A DNA stretch of 63,183 nucleotides, filler included, from Chiloscyllium plagiosum (Eukaryota), in assembly GCF_004010195.1 (NCBI RefSeq). It is 6 parts of 6 records of this genome, joined end to end, with 100 filler letters (N's around TTAATTAATTAA, not from the genome) between each part and the next. Parts side by side here need not be neighbours in the genome. Positions count along the whole stretch, not along the records: positions 1 to 18,154 come from NW_025210035.1; positions 18,255 to 48,809 come from NC_057753.1; 4 more parts are not named here. One strand, 5' to 3'. Position numbers and translations under genes: made by a program. The notes beneath the pieces were generated by a model that saw nothing but the letters and a program-made list of their open reading frames with translations, had not been told where the DNA came from and did not search any database. Shown here piece after piece: positions 13,516 to 26,749 of the stretch. Every line of letters begins with the position of its first letter. Position 1 is the first letter of the stretch.

Positions 13516-14166
13516 ACCCAGTGAGAATATTACTGCCTCCACCATTTTGACCCCGCTGCCCATTGGGGTTAAGAGGAAGGAGAGGTGATCTGATTGAAGC
13601 TTAGAAGATCCTGAGGGATCATTTGGAGGATAATCTCAAAGCAAAGGGGGAGGAGACAGTTTCAGAATAAAGGGCTTCCCTTCAAGAATAATGGAAGTGA
13701 ACAGGCATCTCTTCTCCCAGGGTTGTGAGCAGAGGGCTAGTCTCATGAGGGTTAGGGTGGAATGACGGGAAAGGGGAGGTGAGGAACGTCGGATCAGTCA
13801 CGATCCTGTGGAATGGGTGGGGTCAGGCTCGTTGGGCCAACGACCTGTTTCATATGAAGTTTTGGGATCCACCACCCCCCCCCTCCCCCAAAGAGCTGGA
13901 GGGAGTCTGGGCCATTGGAGAGAGCACTGAGAATTGGAAATATTCCCACGGAATGAAGGTTTGGGGGGAGTTGGTTGGCGTCCGAGAGTGTTAGCTTACC
14001 CAGAAGGAAGTGGGATCCTTAATCCCAGAGGGTAGGATAGGGTAGGGGGTGGAGAGAAAACAGGAGCGCCCAGATGGAGGGCAAGGGGGAGGGATGAGGG
14101 CGGAGTAGAGATTGGCGCACACCGCGCACGGGTAGTGACGGGCCGAATGGCCAGATTGTCCCACCG

Positions 14167-15320
14167 TTGCTGCAGCTGTACAGGACTCTGGTGCGGCCGC
14201 ACTTGGTGTATTGTGTACAGTTCTGGTCACCGCGTTATAGGAAGGATGTGGAAGATTTGGAAAGGGTGCAGAGGAGATTTACCAGGCCGTTGCCTGGTAT
14301 GGAGGGGAGGTCTTACGAGGAAAGGCTGAGGGACTTGAGGCTGTTTTCATTAGAGAGAAGATGGTTGAGAGGTGACTTAATAGAGACATATAAGATAATC
14401 AGAGGGTTGGATAGGGTGGACAGGGAGAGCCTTTTTCCTCGGGATGGTGATGGCGAGCATGAGGGGGCATAGCTTTAAACTGAGGGGGTGATAGATACAG
14501 GACAGAAAGGACAGAAGAAATTGGAGAGGAAGTAAGGCCATTCAGCCCATTCAGCCCATTCAATCACAGCTGATGGGCATTTCAACACCACTTACCGCAC
14601 TCTCCCCATAGCCCTTAATTCCCTGTGAGATATAAGAGACGTCAGAGGTAGTTTCTTTATTCAGAGAGTAGTAGGGACATTGAAGCGCTGCCTGCAACAG
14701 TAGTAGACTCGCCAACTTTAAGGGCATTTAAATGGTCATTGGATAGTCATATAACGTCATACAGCACGGAAACAGACCTTTCGGTCCAACCCGTCCGTGC
14801 CGACCAGATATCCCAACCCAATCTAGTCCCACCTGCCAGCACCCGGCCCATATCCCTCCAAACCCTTCCTATTCATATACCCATCCAAATGCCTCTTAAA
14901 TGTTGTAATTGTACCAGCCTCCACCACTTCCTCTGGCAGCTCATTCCATACACGTGCCACCCTCTGCGTGAAATGTTTGCCCCTTAGGTCTCTTTTATAT
15001 CTTTCCCTTCTCACCCTAAACCTATGCCCTCTAGTTCTGGACTCCCTTGAACCCTTTCAAGTTTCACAACATCTTTCCGATAGGAAGGAGACCAGAATTG
15101 CACGCAATATTCCAACAGTGGCCTAACCAATGCCCTGTACAGCCGCAACATGACCTCCCAACCCCTGTACTCAATACTCTGACCAATAAAGGAAAGCATA
15201 CCTAACGCCTTCTATGGATGAGAATGGAATAGTACAGGTTAGATGGGCTTCAGACTGGCTCCACAGGTCGGTGCTACATTGAGGGCCGAAGGGCCTGTGC
15301 CGCGCTGGAATGTTCTATGT
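14167..15320 (+). mobile_element. CR1 LINE 3' fragment with a nested opposite-strand CR1 piece (~14745-15212)
   Basis: LQLYRTLVRPHLVYCVQFWSP..LERVQRRFTR on +; LEYCVQFWSP and FTQRVARVWNELP on -. Confidence 0.88.
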
Positions 15321-15359
15321 TCTACTTCATTCCCCCCCCCTCCTCTGTGTTCCCAACAG

Positions 15360-15692
15360 CTTCTGCTTGCGATGGGGTTAAGGAACAGAACGTGACGGGC
15401 CAGTTCGGGGGTCAGGTGATCCTGCCGTGTTACCAGAATGGCGCCGAACGGGTGTACTGGCAGACGGAGGTCGACGGCGAGCTGGAAGTGGTGAACACAT
15501 TCTGCGCTGGAGCGCCGTCGGCGTGCGGCAAAATCAGCGCCCGCTACGTCAACCGCTCGCGTTTCCTTGGCGACCCCCGGAAGGGGAACTTCACCCTCCG
15601 CCTCTGGGCTCTCAGTCCCCGCGATGAGCTGACCTACCAGTGCGTCACACAAGATCCGATCTTGTGTCACAGCTTCCAAATAACTATCGAAG
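15360..15692 (+). CDS. ICOSLG: B7-family (ICOS-ligand-like) IgV exon
   Basis: Polypyrimidine tract + CAG acceptor (15358-59), G|GTACGT donor, 333 bp, phase 1-1. Peptide G..VILPC..VYWQ..RYVNRS..GNFTLRL..P.DE.TYQC fits a B7 IgV domain. ICOSL versus CD80/86 orthology is not proven. Confidence 0.75.
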
Positions 15693-16206
15693 GTACGTGG
15701 GCAGCTCGGAGTCGAGGGGGTGGCGAGGCGAGGGGGGAGGGGGGGGGGAGCAATTTGGTTTCGAAAAGGCGCGGAGAGAGAGGGCCATTCGGCCCGGCCC
15801 TGTCCAGTCTGGCCGATCCGTTTCCCAAACCCTCGCCCGCTGTGGGGCTCCCACCCAAACACTTTCAGGACGGAGGACGGTGACAAGAGCAGGAACAGGC
15901 CCTTCGGCCCATCGGGACTGCGCCGACGCAAGGCGCCTTCAAATCCGTCCTCTCCTGCCCGCCCTGCCCTCTTCATAAGGCCGTGGGTTCCAAACACTCC
16001 CCAACCTTCGCTCAAAGCCCCTTGAAAGCTCCTGCTCTTTGCTTTAAATCGATGCCCCCCACCCCACCTCCGTTATTGACCATGTTGCTAAAGGGTAAAT
16101 GTTCCTCCCTATCTGCTCGATCCACGTCCCTCAGAACTTGGTACACGCCAGGCATATTCCAGCTCAACCTTCACCTACAATTTCTCAAATACAGCCTCAA
16201 CTACAA

Positions 16207-17575
16207 CCCATAGTGCCCAGGGATGTGAAGGTTAGGGTGGATTGGCCATACTAAATTGTCCCATAGTGCCCAGGGATGTGCAGGTTAGGGTGGATTGACC
16301 ATGCTANNNNNNNNNNNNNNNNNNNNNNNNNNNNNNNNNNNGTTAGGGTGGATTGGCCAAGCTAAATTGCCCCATAGTGTTCAGGAATGTGTAGGTTAGG
16401 GTGGATTGGCCATGCTAAATTGCCCCATAGTGTTCAGGGATGTGTAGGTTAGAGTGGATTGGCCATGCTAAATTACCCATAGTGCTCAGGGATGTGTAGG
16501 TTAGGGTGGATTGGCCATGCCAAATTGCCCCATAGTGTTCAGGGATGTGTAAGTTAGGGTGGATTGGACATGCTAAATTACCCCATAGTGTTCAGGGATG
16601 TGTAGGTTATGGTGGATTGGCCATGCTAAATTACCCCATAGTGTTCAGAGATGTGTAGGTTATGGTGGATTGGCCATGCTAAATTACCCCATAGTGTTCA
16701 GGGATGTGTAGGTTAGGGTGGATTGGCCATTCTAAATTGCCCCACAGTGTTCAGGGATGTATAGGTAGGGTGGATTGGTCATGCTAAATTACCCATAGTG
16801 TCCAGGGATGTATAGGTTAGGGTGGATTGGCCATGCTAAATTGCCCCATAGTGTTCAGGGATGTGGAGGTTAGGGTAGATTGGCCAAGCTAAATTACCAT
16901 AGTGTTCAGAGATGTGTAGGTTAGGGTGGATTGGCCATTCTAAATTGCCCCATAGTTTCCAGGGATGTATCGGTTAGGGTGGATTGGTCATGCTAAATTA
17001 CCCATAGTGTCCAGGGATGTATAGGTTAGGGTGGATTGGCCATGCTAAATTGTCCCATAGTGTTCAGGGATGTGTTGGTTAGGGTGGATTGGCCATGCTA
17101 AATTGCCCCATAGTCTTCAGAGACGTGTAGGTTAGGGCGGATTGGCCATGCTAAATTACCCCATAGTGTTCAGGGATGTGTAGGTTAGGATGGATTGGCT
17201 GTGCGAAAATGTCCCATAGACTTCAGGGATGTGTAGGTTAGGGTGAATTGGCCATGATAAATTGCCCCATAGTGTTCAGGGATGTGGAGGTTAGGGTAGA
17301 TTGGCCAAGCTAAATTACCATAGTGTTCAGAGATGTGTAGGTTAGGGTGGATTGGACATTCAAAATTGCCCCATAGTGTCCAGGGATGTTTAGGTTAGGG
17401 TGGATTGGTCATGCTAAATTACCCATAGTGTCCAGGGATGTATAGGTTAGGGTGGATTGGCCATGCTAAATTGTCCCATAGTACCCAGGGATGTGTAGGT
17501 TAGGATGGATTAGCCATGTTAAATTGTCCCATAGTGCCCAGGGATGTGCAGGTCAGGGTGGATTGGCCATAGGAA
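16207..17575 (+). repeat. 53-bp SINE-derived tandem array in the IgV-IgC intron (~25 copies, includes N gap 16307-16341)
   Basis: Same unit as the 10567-12500 arrays. Confidence 0.93.
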
Positions 17576-17780
17576 ATACAGGGGAAGGGGTGGATTGCAG
17601 ATGTGTCTGAATGGGCCGAATGGCCTGCTTCCATTTAGAAGTGGAGGGGACGGGCTCTAATCAAGGAGTTTGTGACAATTAAAATCCAGGACAACGCTCT
17701 AATCCTTCACATCCTCAGGGGGATCCATCCTCCGAATTTCCCAATACTGATGAATCCTGTCTGTCTCTTGAACTCTCCAG

Positions 17781-18080
17781 CCCAGCGAAGTCTGCCAAGG
17801 ATTAGTATCCCAGAGAAGCGTGGTCGGACACTGGGAGAAGAGGTGATGCTGATCTGTACAGTCACAGGTGTATACCCGAAGCCACAGCTGGAATGGGTGA
17901 ACACCAGTAATAACACAATCCTCCCACAGAGCCAAGTGCATACGAGAGCAGATCAGGGGGCAGACGGACTGTACAATGTGATGAGCACGCTGAGATTACA
18001 GCCGAACAACACCGGTCACATCATCTGTCAAACCGTCAATACCAAGACCGGACAGGTCACTCAGTCAGACATATTCACAG
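17781..18080 (+). CDS. ICOSLG: B7-family (ICOS-ligand-like) IgC exon
   Basis: TCTCCAG acceptor, G|GTACAG donor, 300 bp, phase 1-1, in frame with the IgV exon. LICTVTGVYPKPQLEWVNTSNNTIL..GLYNVMSTLR..IICQTVN resembles the ICOSL C domain (C...GYPRP..W.N..N.LL; GLY.V.S.LR). Confidence 0.78.
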
Positions 18081-18154
18081 GTACAGGGCTGATGGGGTAC
18101 TGCTGGGTCATGGACATATTGACAGCGGAGGGTCAGTGCTGAGGGAGTGCCGCA

Positions 18155-18254
18155 NNNNNNNNNNNNNNNNNNNNNNNNNNNNNNNNNNNNNNNNNNNNTT
18201 AATTAATTAANNNNNNNNNNNNNNNNNNNNNNNNNNNNNNNNNNNNNNNNNNNN
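18155..18254. other. Artificial 100-bp join (44N-TTAATTAATTAA-44N)
   Basis: Six-frame-stop linker centred in Ns; identical at five sites. Confidence 0.97.
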
Positions 18255-19311
18255 TTGAGTTACCAGTTCAATACAAAAGTTTGATGCATCTCAAGAGTTA
18301 TCCTGTTTCACTGCATTTCGCTCAGAACTAATTTCAGACACCTTGTGTCATTCACCTTAATAGAAATCCACCATGATCACGGCAACCATCCAAAATCCAT
18401 TTGATGTTTGAATGCACGACATTGTTCAAGTGACTCTGTGTTATGCAGAATCTACCACCAATTTATCCTTCTTGCCGTATGTCCTCTGCAGCCAAACATA
18501 AAGTTAAGAATTCAGTGTAACTATAACAGGATGACCCGCTCAATGTGTCCCACACATAGCCTTGAATTAGGAATCTGTAATCTATTAATAAAAAACAAAC
18601 AAATACAGAAGTTCTGAAGAAAGTTCACTGCACCTGCAGCATTAAATCTGGTTTCACTGTACATGCTGCCGGAGGTTTTCCATCAATTTCAAAATTTGTT
18701 TTTGATTTCGAGTATCCACAGATATTTAGCTTTTTCATTAATGAAAATGCTTTGGCTGAGAAAAGAAATCCTGCATGACAATTGGTTGCTTCGCAAGTAG
18801 GTGAAAGCCTCATTACACGGGGCACCCAATTGAAATGGAGAAGAAGATTCATAGATTTTGTTTTGAGATTTTCAAGGAATAGTCAAGGGCCTTATTATAA
18901 TTTTATGTTTAATCTCTTGTGCTTAAATAACACACACAGACATATGGTCCCGTCAGTTCATTTTTCCAACTTTGCTAGAACATTGAATACTGTTTCTCCT
19001 GGAATTTCCCACTCTAACTTTAGAAACTTGATTCTCGGCAGATTGTCGATATATGCTGCAGAGTGCACTTTTACATTTTGTCCTCAACTGGCCTCTGAAA
19101 CACGTAATTGCCCCAGCATTACTGCACCGGCGGTCACTTTGTCAACTGCAAGCACGGTTTTCAGTGAGGCCATTCCAAGTTGCAGGCAGGATGATGGCAT
19201 CGAGTGAAAATTAATTCAATTAATTTATTAACAGGAACTCAGAATTTGCTGATGTTTTGTAATCAAATTTGAACCGTCTTCGCCAACTGTAAACAACCTT
19301 TGCCAAAAGAG

Positions 19312-20080
19312 AGAAAATGCTGGAAAATCTCAGCAAATTTGGCAGCATCTGTGAGAAGAGAAAAGAGCTGACGTTTCGGGTCTAAATGACCCTTTGTCAA
19401 AGCTAAAAAAGGGGAGAAATAGGGAGGTATTTATACTAGGCTGAGAGAAGCAAAGGTAGCAATAAAGAGGCGATAATGACAGTGCATAGAGAGATTATAG
19501 GGAGATTAGGAGCTGTGAATGGGGGAGCGAGAGCAAGAGAGACAATCAAGAAATAAGAGGTACATAACAGTGAAAAAATAGAAAAAAAGATAAATAAAAT
19601 AAATGAAATGAAATTATGGAGCAGAATGAAAACAGAGGGGTCGAGAAGGGACAATCATCTGATGGTGTTGAATTCAATGTTGAGACCGGCAGGCTGTAAC
19701 GGGCCTAGTCGGAAGGTGAACTGCTGTTCCTCCAGTTTGTGTTGAGCTTCACTGGAACATTGCAGCAGGCCAAGGACAGACATGTGGGCATGGGAGCAGG
19801 ATTGTGTGTTGAAGTGGCAAGCTACGGGCAGGTCCGGGACCTGATTGCGCACAGATATGGCTCCAGAAGCAAAGGTAGCAACAAAGAGGTGATAATGATA
19901 GTGTAAATAGTATAAATACCTCTCTTATTCTCCCTTTTTTTAAGCTTTGAGAAAGGGTCAGTTAGACTCGAAACGACAGCTTTCTTCTCTCCTTACAGAT
20001 GCTGCCAGACTTGCTGGGATTTTCCAGCATTTTCTCTTTTTTTTGGTTTCAGATTCCAGCATCCGCAGTAATTTGCTTTT
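19312..20080 (-). mobile_element. Penelope-like element 3' fragment flanked by inverted terminal-repeat copies
   Basis: Minus ORF DLPVACHFN..HMSVLGLLQC..KLEEQ..FRLG.LQPAGLNIEF (C-terminus of the GIY-YIG region); 19312-19438 is inverted relative to 19908-20035. Confidence 0.8.
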
Positions 20081-22589
20081 TTCTTACATTTGCCCACACG
20101 GGCCGTGATCTAACTTTATTTCCTTGTACTCGTTTGATTTGCTAAATTGCCAGAGAATTTCTCTGCGCAGTATTTGCTATGCTACTGAACTTAATCTCCT
20201 CTACAAAACATGAATCTATGCTTCATTTATTTTTCTTCCAAGTCCACATTTCTCTTTGTCCGTTGCATACTTGAAGAAACGTCTAACAGAGTTGAGGTTA
20301 CCTGGGCATGGAGTTTTGTCAATCCTTTCCAGATCACAAAACATACCATTCGATTTCACAATGATAGTCTGCGTTTTGCCTTTTGTGTATGCTTCAGAAT
20401 ATTAAACGTTTTTATAGATTTTCTTCTCGTAATTATTGGACTTTTGCTCTCTGCAGGTGAACTGACCATCACTGCTGAAAACAATTACTTCTGATTTCAT
20501 TGAAAGCTTGTGTACGAAGCTCCATCAGATGCTGATTAGAAATGGCATTGAATTGATTTTTGCTCTCAATCATATCGGCCCTTCCACGGTATCACTTCAA
20601 CGTGTATTCTTATGTGATCTCAACTCAGGAATGAGAACTACTTGCATATTCTTGGTCATTAACGTTTGCCTTCACGCTTTCTTTTTTAAGTGTTGGTGTT
20701 AAAGAAACTGCTACAAGCTGAGGAAATCACTTTTCCCCATTTGAATAAGCTGAAGACGAATCTTTGAAAGTTGCCAATTTTCGGCAACATTTTGAAAAAA
20801 ATGAAGTGCATCCTATGTTACTCACCTGCTAGAGATGTGTTCAATACATCTTTGAGAAAAGTAACCAGAGAAACCTTCCAAACAGGCACGCGATCAAGTA
20901 TAGAATTCTCACCCAAGAGCATTAGATAGATAAAAAGCCTATTAATTTGACAGAATGTCGAGTCATTACTATAGAAGAAATAGAAAATGCATTTTCCAAG
21001 TCTTGGAAACAAATCTACCAGTATCAATGTTTTTTCCCCACTGTTGTCATTAATTATCTGACAGTGACAGCCGACATTTCCTCTGATCAGCATTTCTATT
21101 TGCGAAGTGATAAGGCTATCAGTGCTGAGTTTGAGCAATCGCTTCGTTTGCTAGAACCAGCAGAGGGAACGATTGAGAATATCTTCAGGATATTTCGAGA
21201 TACAGAGCCCAGAGAACACTTAATCAAAATTCTTGAGTGTAGCATACAATTTGATTCCACCTTAAAAAAGTCACAGGATTTCACATTCTCATAGAAATTC
21301 AATGGACGCTGTACGCTGCCATTACTACCCGTAATACCACATATGTGGAAATGTGTTCAAATATAATTGCTTATTTCAAACAATGGTTACGAATTCCCAG
21401 AAACATTGTTGTTATGAGACAATAGGCGCACTAAAGCAATCTCATGAAGGGCTATTTTCAAACAGAGTTCAAATAATTCATTGTCTCTCTCTACTAACAA
21501 AAACAAAGGAAGTCTAATTGGTACCAGATACTGTGTAACATCACAGTTAATAATTAAATGACTGATTTCTGTGCTGTTTATTTTGCTGCAAACCTTCCAA
21601 GTTGCAATGAAAGTGATTACATGTAAGAGAATACATTCTGTTTTGAGTTGATCAGAAATTCATTCTTGAAATTAATGAGCCATTCAAACCCTTGTAAGCT
21701 CTTTTGCTTGCACAGTACCTTCACTCTATTCCCACATGTGTTTTCAAGTCTTTGAGTTAATTTTATTGACAAGACAGCAATTCTTATGATTTTCAAAATA
21801 AAGAAAGTGTCAGAAACAGTTGAAACTGTTCTACATTTGTGCAAACTGTAGAAATGAAATGCTGCCAAGAATAGATGTCACTGTTGTAATATAATTTAGC
21901 TATTGCCTTCATATTCTGTTAAGGCATTGGTGTGAAATATCTACTCCATATTGCCAATCATTTATATGTTGTTGAAATCCTGACCTTCAATCTAACATGT
22001 TTTCAAAATGTAATGTTATTCAGTCCGTTCCACTGATTACGTCAGTATTCACATATGTTCGCCTCATAAATGATTTTCCTTTTGCAAATAAAATCAGTTT
22101 TTAATTAAGCAACCGATGTGCAGAGCTTTATTCCTTTACTTTCAAAGTTTGCTGGCCGTAACAATCGTCAGATTGAATTGAAACTCAATCCTGTAAAGTG
22201 GGAAGCATTGACACTATCAAACCTTATTGCCCATCTATAAACCGTCCTTGCGAGATCATACGTTTTTATCTGCTACAATCTCTGTTAAATAGGGGACTGC
22301 AAAAGTATGTCAGGATGTTAACTGAATTGAAGGGGTATTGGCAAGCACTGTTTGATCCCTTGCAATGTATGTCCTTGCATTTATGCAGAGTAGAGCAACG
22401 AGGCTTGATAATTATCATGCAACAAAGATGAGGGATAAAACGTCATTGAATTACTGCCACAGATATTAATCATCAACGGAATCTAGTCTTCAGTTCTAAA
22501 GTCTTCATGAAAGACAGTAAGAATTACATCTATCTGTAATGAATCAGAAACGCTATTCAGTAATGAATGAATCAATTATTGAAGACTAA

Positions 22590-24260
22590 TCAGCAGATCT
22601 TGATACCTTGGCACTGGAAATTACTACCCAAGGTCCATAAACTTGACTACCCTTGCTGCCCGATCATCTCAGTCTGCTCCTGTCCAACTGAACTAATCTC
22701 CACATACCTACTGACTGTCCTATTCTTCTGGTCTAGGAACTCCCCACATACATTTGGACACCATCCACGCCTTCCAACTCCTCCAAGACTTTCGCTTCCC
22801 TGGTCCCCGAAGCCTCATTTTCACCATGGTCGTCCATAGGGACAATAGAACTCCATCTGCCATGACGAAGGCCTCCAAGCCCTCCATTTCTGCCTCTACA
22901 GATATCTCCACTAGTCGCCTTCCACGAACACTCCCATTCATTTGGCTGAACTGACCCTCACCGTGAATAATTTCTTTTTTGAATCCTCCCACTTTCTCCA
23001 GACAAAGGGGTAGCCATGGGCACCCGCATGGGCCACAGCAATGTCTGTCTCTTCGTCGGTTATGTTCTACAGTTTCACTGGTTCCATTTGCCACCTTTTC
23101 CTCCGCCACATTGATGAGTGTATCAGAACCACCTCGAGCTCCCACGACGAGGTTGAACAGTTTGTCAACTTCACTGACACATTTCGCCCTGACCTGAATT
23201 TCACCTGGACCATCTCAGATGCCCAACCTCCCCCCCCCCGCCCTTGCAGGACATCTGCACCTCCATTAACGGTGACTGACTCAAGACTGACATCACCTAC
23301 AAACCTATCAACTCCCACTGCTCCCTGGACTAAATCACCTCCCAATTTGCCTGCTGTAAAATCCCTAACACTTATTCCCACTTGTTCCGCCTCTGCTGCA
23401 TCTGCTCCCAGGAGAACCAGTTCCACCACAGAACAAACCAGATGGCCTCTGTTTTTGAAGTCAACAACTTTCCATTCCATGTGATTGAGGATGCTCTCCA
23501 ACGCATCTCATCCATTTCTCGGACCTCTCGATCACCCCACCCCTCCAACTGCAACAAAGACAGATATCCCCCCGGTCCTCACGTTCAACCCCACCAACCT
23601 CTGTACACATTTCATCATTCTCCTGCATTTCCATCACGAACAAATGAACCCCACTAACAGAGATAAATATCCCTCCCCACCCCATCCACTTTCCAGAAAG
23701 ACCGTTCCCTCTGCAACTCCCTTGCCAATTCCACCCCCCTCCAACTCACCTTCCTCTCCCGGCACCTTCCCGTGTCAACGCAGGAATTGCAAAACTTGCA
23801 CCCACACCTACCCTCTCACCTCCGACCAACGCTCCAAAGGAGCCTTCCACATTCATCAGAGTTTTACCTGCGTTTCTACACATGTTGTTTACTCTGTCCG
23901 TTGCTCCCGAGTTTGTCTCCTCGACATTGGAATGACAGGAGGCCTACTTGCAGAGCACTTCAGATAACATCTCCAGGACACCGAAAGCAACCAACACCAC
24001 TGCCCCACGGCCGAACACATCAACACCTCTCCCATTCCACCAAGGGCATTCAGGTCCTGGGCCTTGTCCATCGCCACTCCTTAACCACCCGACGCATGGA
24101 GGAAGAACGCCACATCTTCTGTCTTGGGACCCTACAACCACACGGCATCAATGTGGATTTTACCAGTTTCCTCTTTTCCGCTCCCCCACCTTATCCCTGT
24201 TGCAAACATCCAAATCAGCAGTACGGTCATAACTGGTCTGATCTGTCTGCCCTCCTCTCT
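22590..24260 (+). mobile_element. Penelope-like retroelement (decayed RT + GIY-YIG endonuclease)
   Basis: PKVHKLDYP..PIIS.CSCPTELISTYL; FLRHIDE (YIDD-like); GTFPC.RRNCKTC..FTC.S..VVY.VRCSR; FCLGTLQPHGINVDF. Confidence 0.88.
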
Positions 24261-26749
24261 GAGCTATCACCATTACCCCTATGTTCGTCTATGCATCACA
24301 CTGTCAGCTACAGTTCACCCAGCCAACCTCCCTCCCATCTATCCCTCCACCCCATCGGCTCATTGCCCAAATACTGTTGAAGAGCGTTTGCCCGAAACTT
24401 TGAGCCTCCTGCTCCTCAGCTGCTGCCTGACTTACAGTAATTTTCCAACACCACACGTTCGACTGGATATTACGTATTGTGTTTAATTTATTAATTTACG
24501 TTGTATGAGTGCAATTGTGTTTATCAATGGGAGAACACAGAGATTTTATATTCTGCAGTGGGAAATTCCTGCCTTCCCAAAGCTGAAGGTTCTGATCAAT
24601 AAATTTGGCCTGACTGAGATAGCAATGGTCCCGAGACGATATTTAAAAGTGTTTTTACAATGTCTTGTGAACAATTGTATGAGATTTCACTCCACAGTGT
24701 TACTGCAATTAGCCACATTGTCAGTCTTCAGTAGCCTTAGACAAATCGTGAATTTTCGGTGGCATATCTTGCCATGATAAGAAAGCTGAGAGTCCAAAGA
24801 TTTCGTGACATTATTAAGTAGTTCATTCTTAATGAAATTCCTTACTGCCTTAAGTCTAGTTTCAAGGCAGGCCTCATGTCAGCTGTTTCCAACATAATAA
24901 CGTTTGCAACAATATCTTCATTTCATGCATTTCCTGAGCATGGTAAATGGTTCAACAGCTCTTGTATCGAAACATTAAGAGATTCAAGTGGTATCAGCCT
25001 ACGAAATCAAATTTGAGTCAGTGATTTTCGATAGTTATTGGCGATGCATTCATTCAAGTATCATCAACGTTATTGGAATAGGTCAAAGTGATCGTCCATT
25101 ATATTTCATGCAAAATCGTCAACGTTACACATGCCTACCATTTTTTAGCGGAAAATGGGCATAAGTGACATAACATTGGGCTTCAGAGAAGTGATGTTAA
25201 CATCTTACAGAGCCCAGTAACACACGTGCAAAACAACCGAATGGGTAACATTAATTTCAATAGCCTTAAAACGATGGGAATACATTCCAGAAACAATGAC
25301 GTTGAATCTTCCATACTATGTCCCTGATTGGTATGATGGTCAGATTATGAGAGTCTTTGTCCAGTTTCACCAAACTGCATTTTTCTAATTATAGATGACA
25401 AACGAAAACCTGTCAGCAAATTTGCCATGTACGATTTCTTCCCTCACTTACCACAGTCAAACTGGCGATTTCAATTGAGTAATAAAACAGCGCAACTCAA
25501 TTGAAATTGTTCAGTTTTTTTAATCTCAGGTGATAACTTAAAGCCACGACCTTTCCTTACTTCGAAACTAAGCCGTATTTAATGGAATTTCGACAGAAAG
25601 TTACACTGTGCAACATGATCAGAAACCAGTTTATACTTTGTTATCGTGGTGCACTTCTGTAAAGGAGAATGGGTTTATGTCACTGCATTTTACTCCACTT
25701 AGAGACTAACGCTAGCTATTGCATGTCTGAGGAACAGGAGGAGACATCTCAGATTGCATAGACAGTAATTCTGTTCATTTAGATCGCAAATAACGTCTGG
25801 CAGAAAAGTTCAAAAACCTTAATTCTATATACCCTGTCACCGTTGTTAACACATATCCACCTATCTCATTGGAAAAGCTTAACTTGCCAGTAACCATTAG
25901 CTTTCGAGAGTTAATAGCACAGTGTGTGTCATAATTGTTTCCAAGTTCACTCCAGAATGGCCTATGTATAGTTAAAACTACTGCTAGCTTATTCTTGTAC
26001 GATCCAACAAGAAGATAGGTTAGTTAATTATGCCGACACAATAAATATATTTTATGTAGTGTCTGATCCCAACATCCATACATTGCCCATGTATAGGTGT
26101 GAAAAGTGTGCTGGTTGCTTAGCAATTCAACTGTGATTGGCCGATACATTGCCATTCAGAAAACAATGCACAGCTAAACTCTTGTCGTGTTCCTGCGCAA
26201 TCACCAAAGACGTTAGTATAATGGAAAAATCAATTGGCAATACTTACTATATTTATTATTCTGTTAAGTTTGCTATTGTTCTGTTATAAAGCAATTCTGT
26301 CTTTATTTTGTTGCATTTCAACGACAGTGAATGAATAAAGTTTGTGTTGTATTTTAATTTCGGAAGGTCTACCTACCGAATTGTCTCTGGAATGCAACGC
26401 GTTATATTTACCTTTAAAATAATAAAATAGTTAGTGCTGAGACTAGACAAACACCAAACTGCACAAATCCCTTTGAACTGCACTTGTTGCACAGCCTTCT
26501 GTGCCCTGGAATGATTCTTAAGTGTTATGAGACTGCCTCCACCACCCTCTCAGGCCAATATTACATATTCCTACACCCTCTGGGTAGAAGAAATTGATCT
26601 CAGAACAACTTCAAGCCGCTTACTCGTCATTTTGCATTTATGCCATATGGTGTTAAGTACGCGGACCATAGAGAAAATAAAATCTCATAATTTCACATGT
26701 TGGGGCGGCACGGTGGCTCAGTGATTAGCACTTCTGCCTCACAGCGTCA

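Noticed and set aside
15239-16015. 258-aa minus-strand ORF
   Set aside because: Antisense shadow of the GC-rich B7 IgV exon, with no recognisable domain.
18199-18210. Recurrent TTAATTAATTAA palindrome as a biological motif
   Set aside because: Always centred in a 100-bp N gap; a synthetic six-frame-stop linker.
25600-25630. CACTGTG/CACAGTG heptamer-like sites in segment 2 and in SINE heads
   Set aside because: No nonamer at 12 or 23 spacing and no adjacent V, D or J coding sequence.
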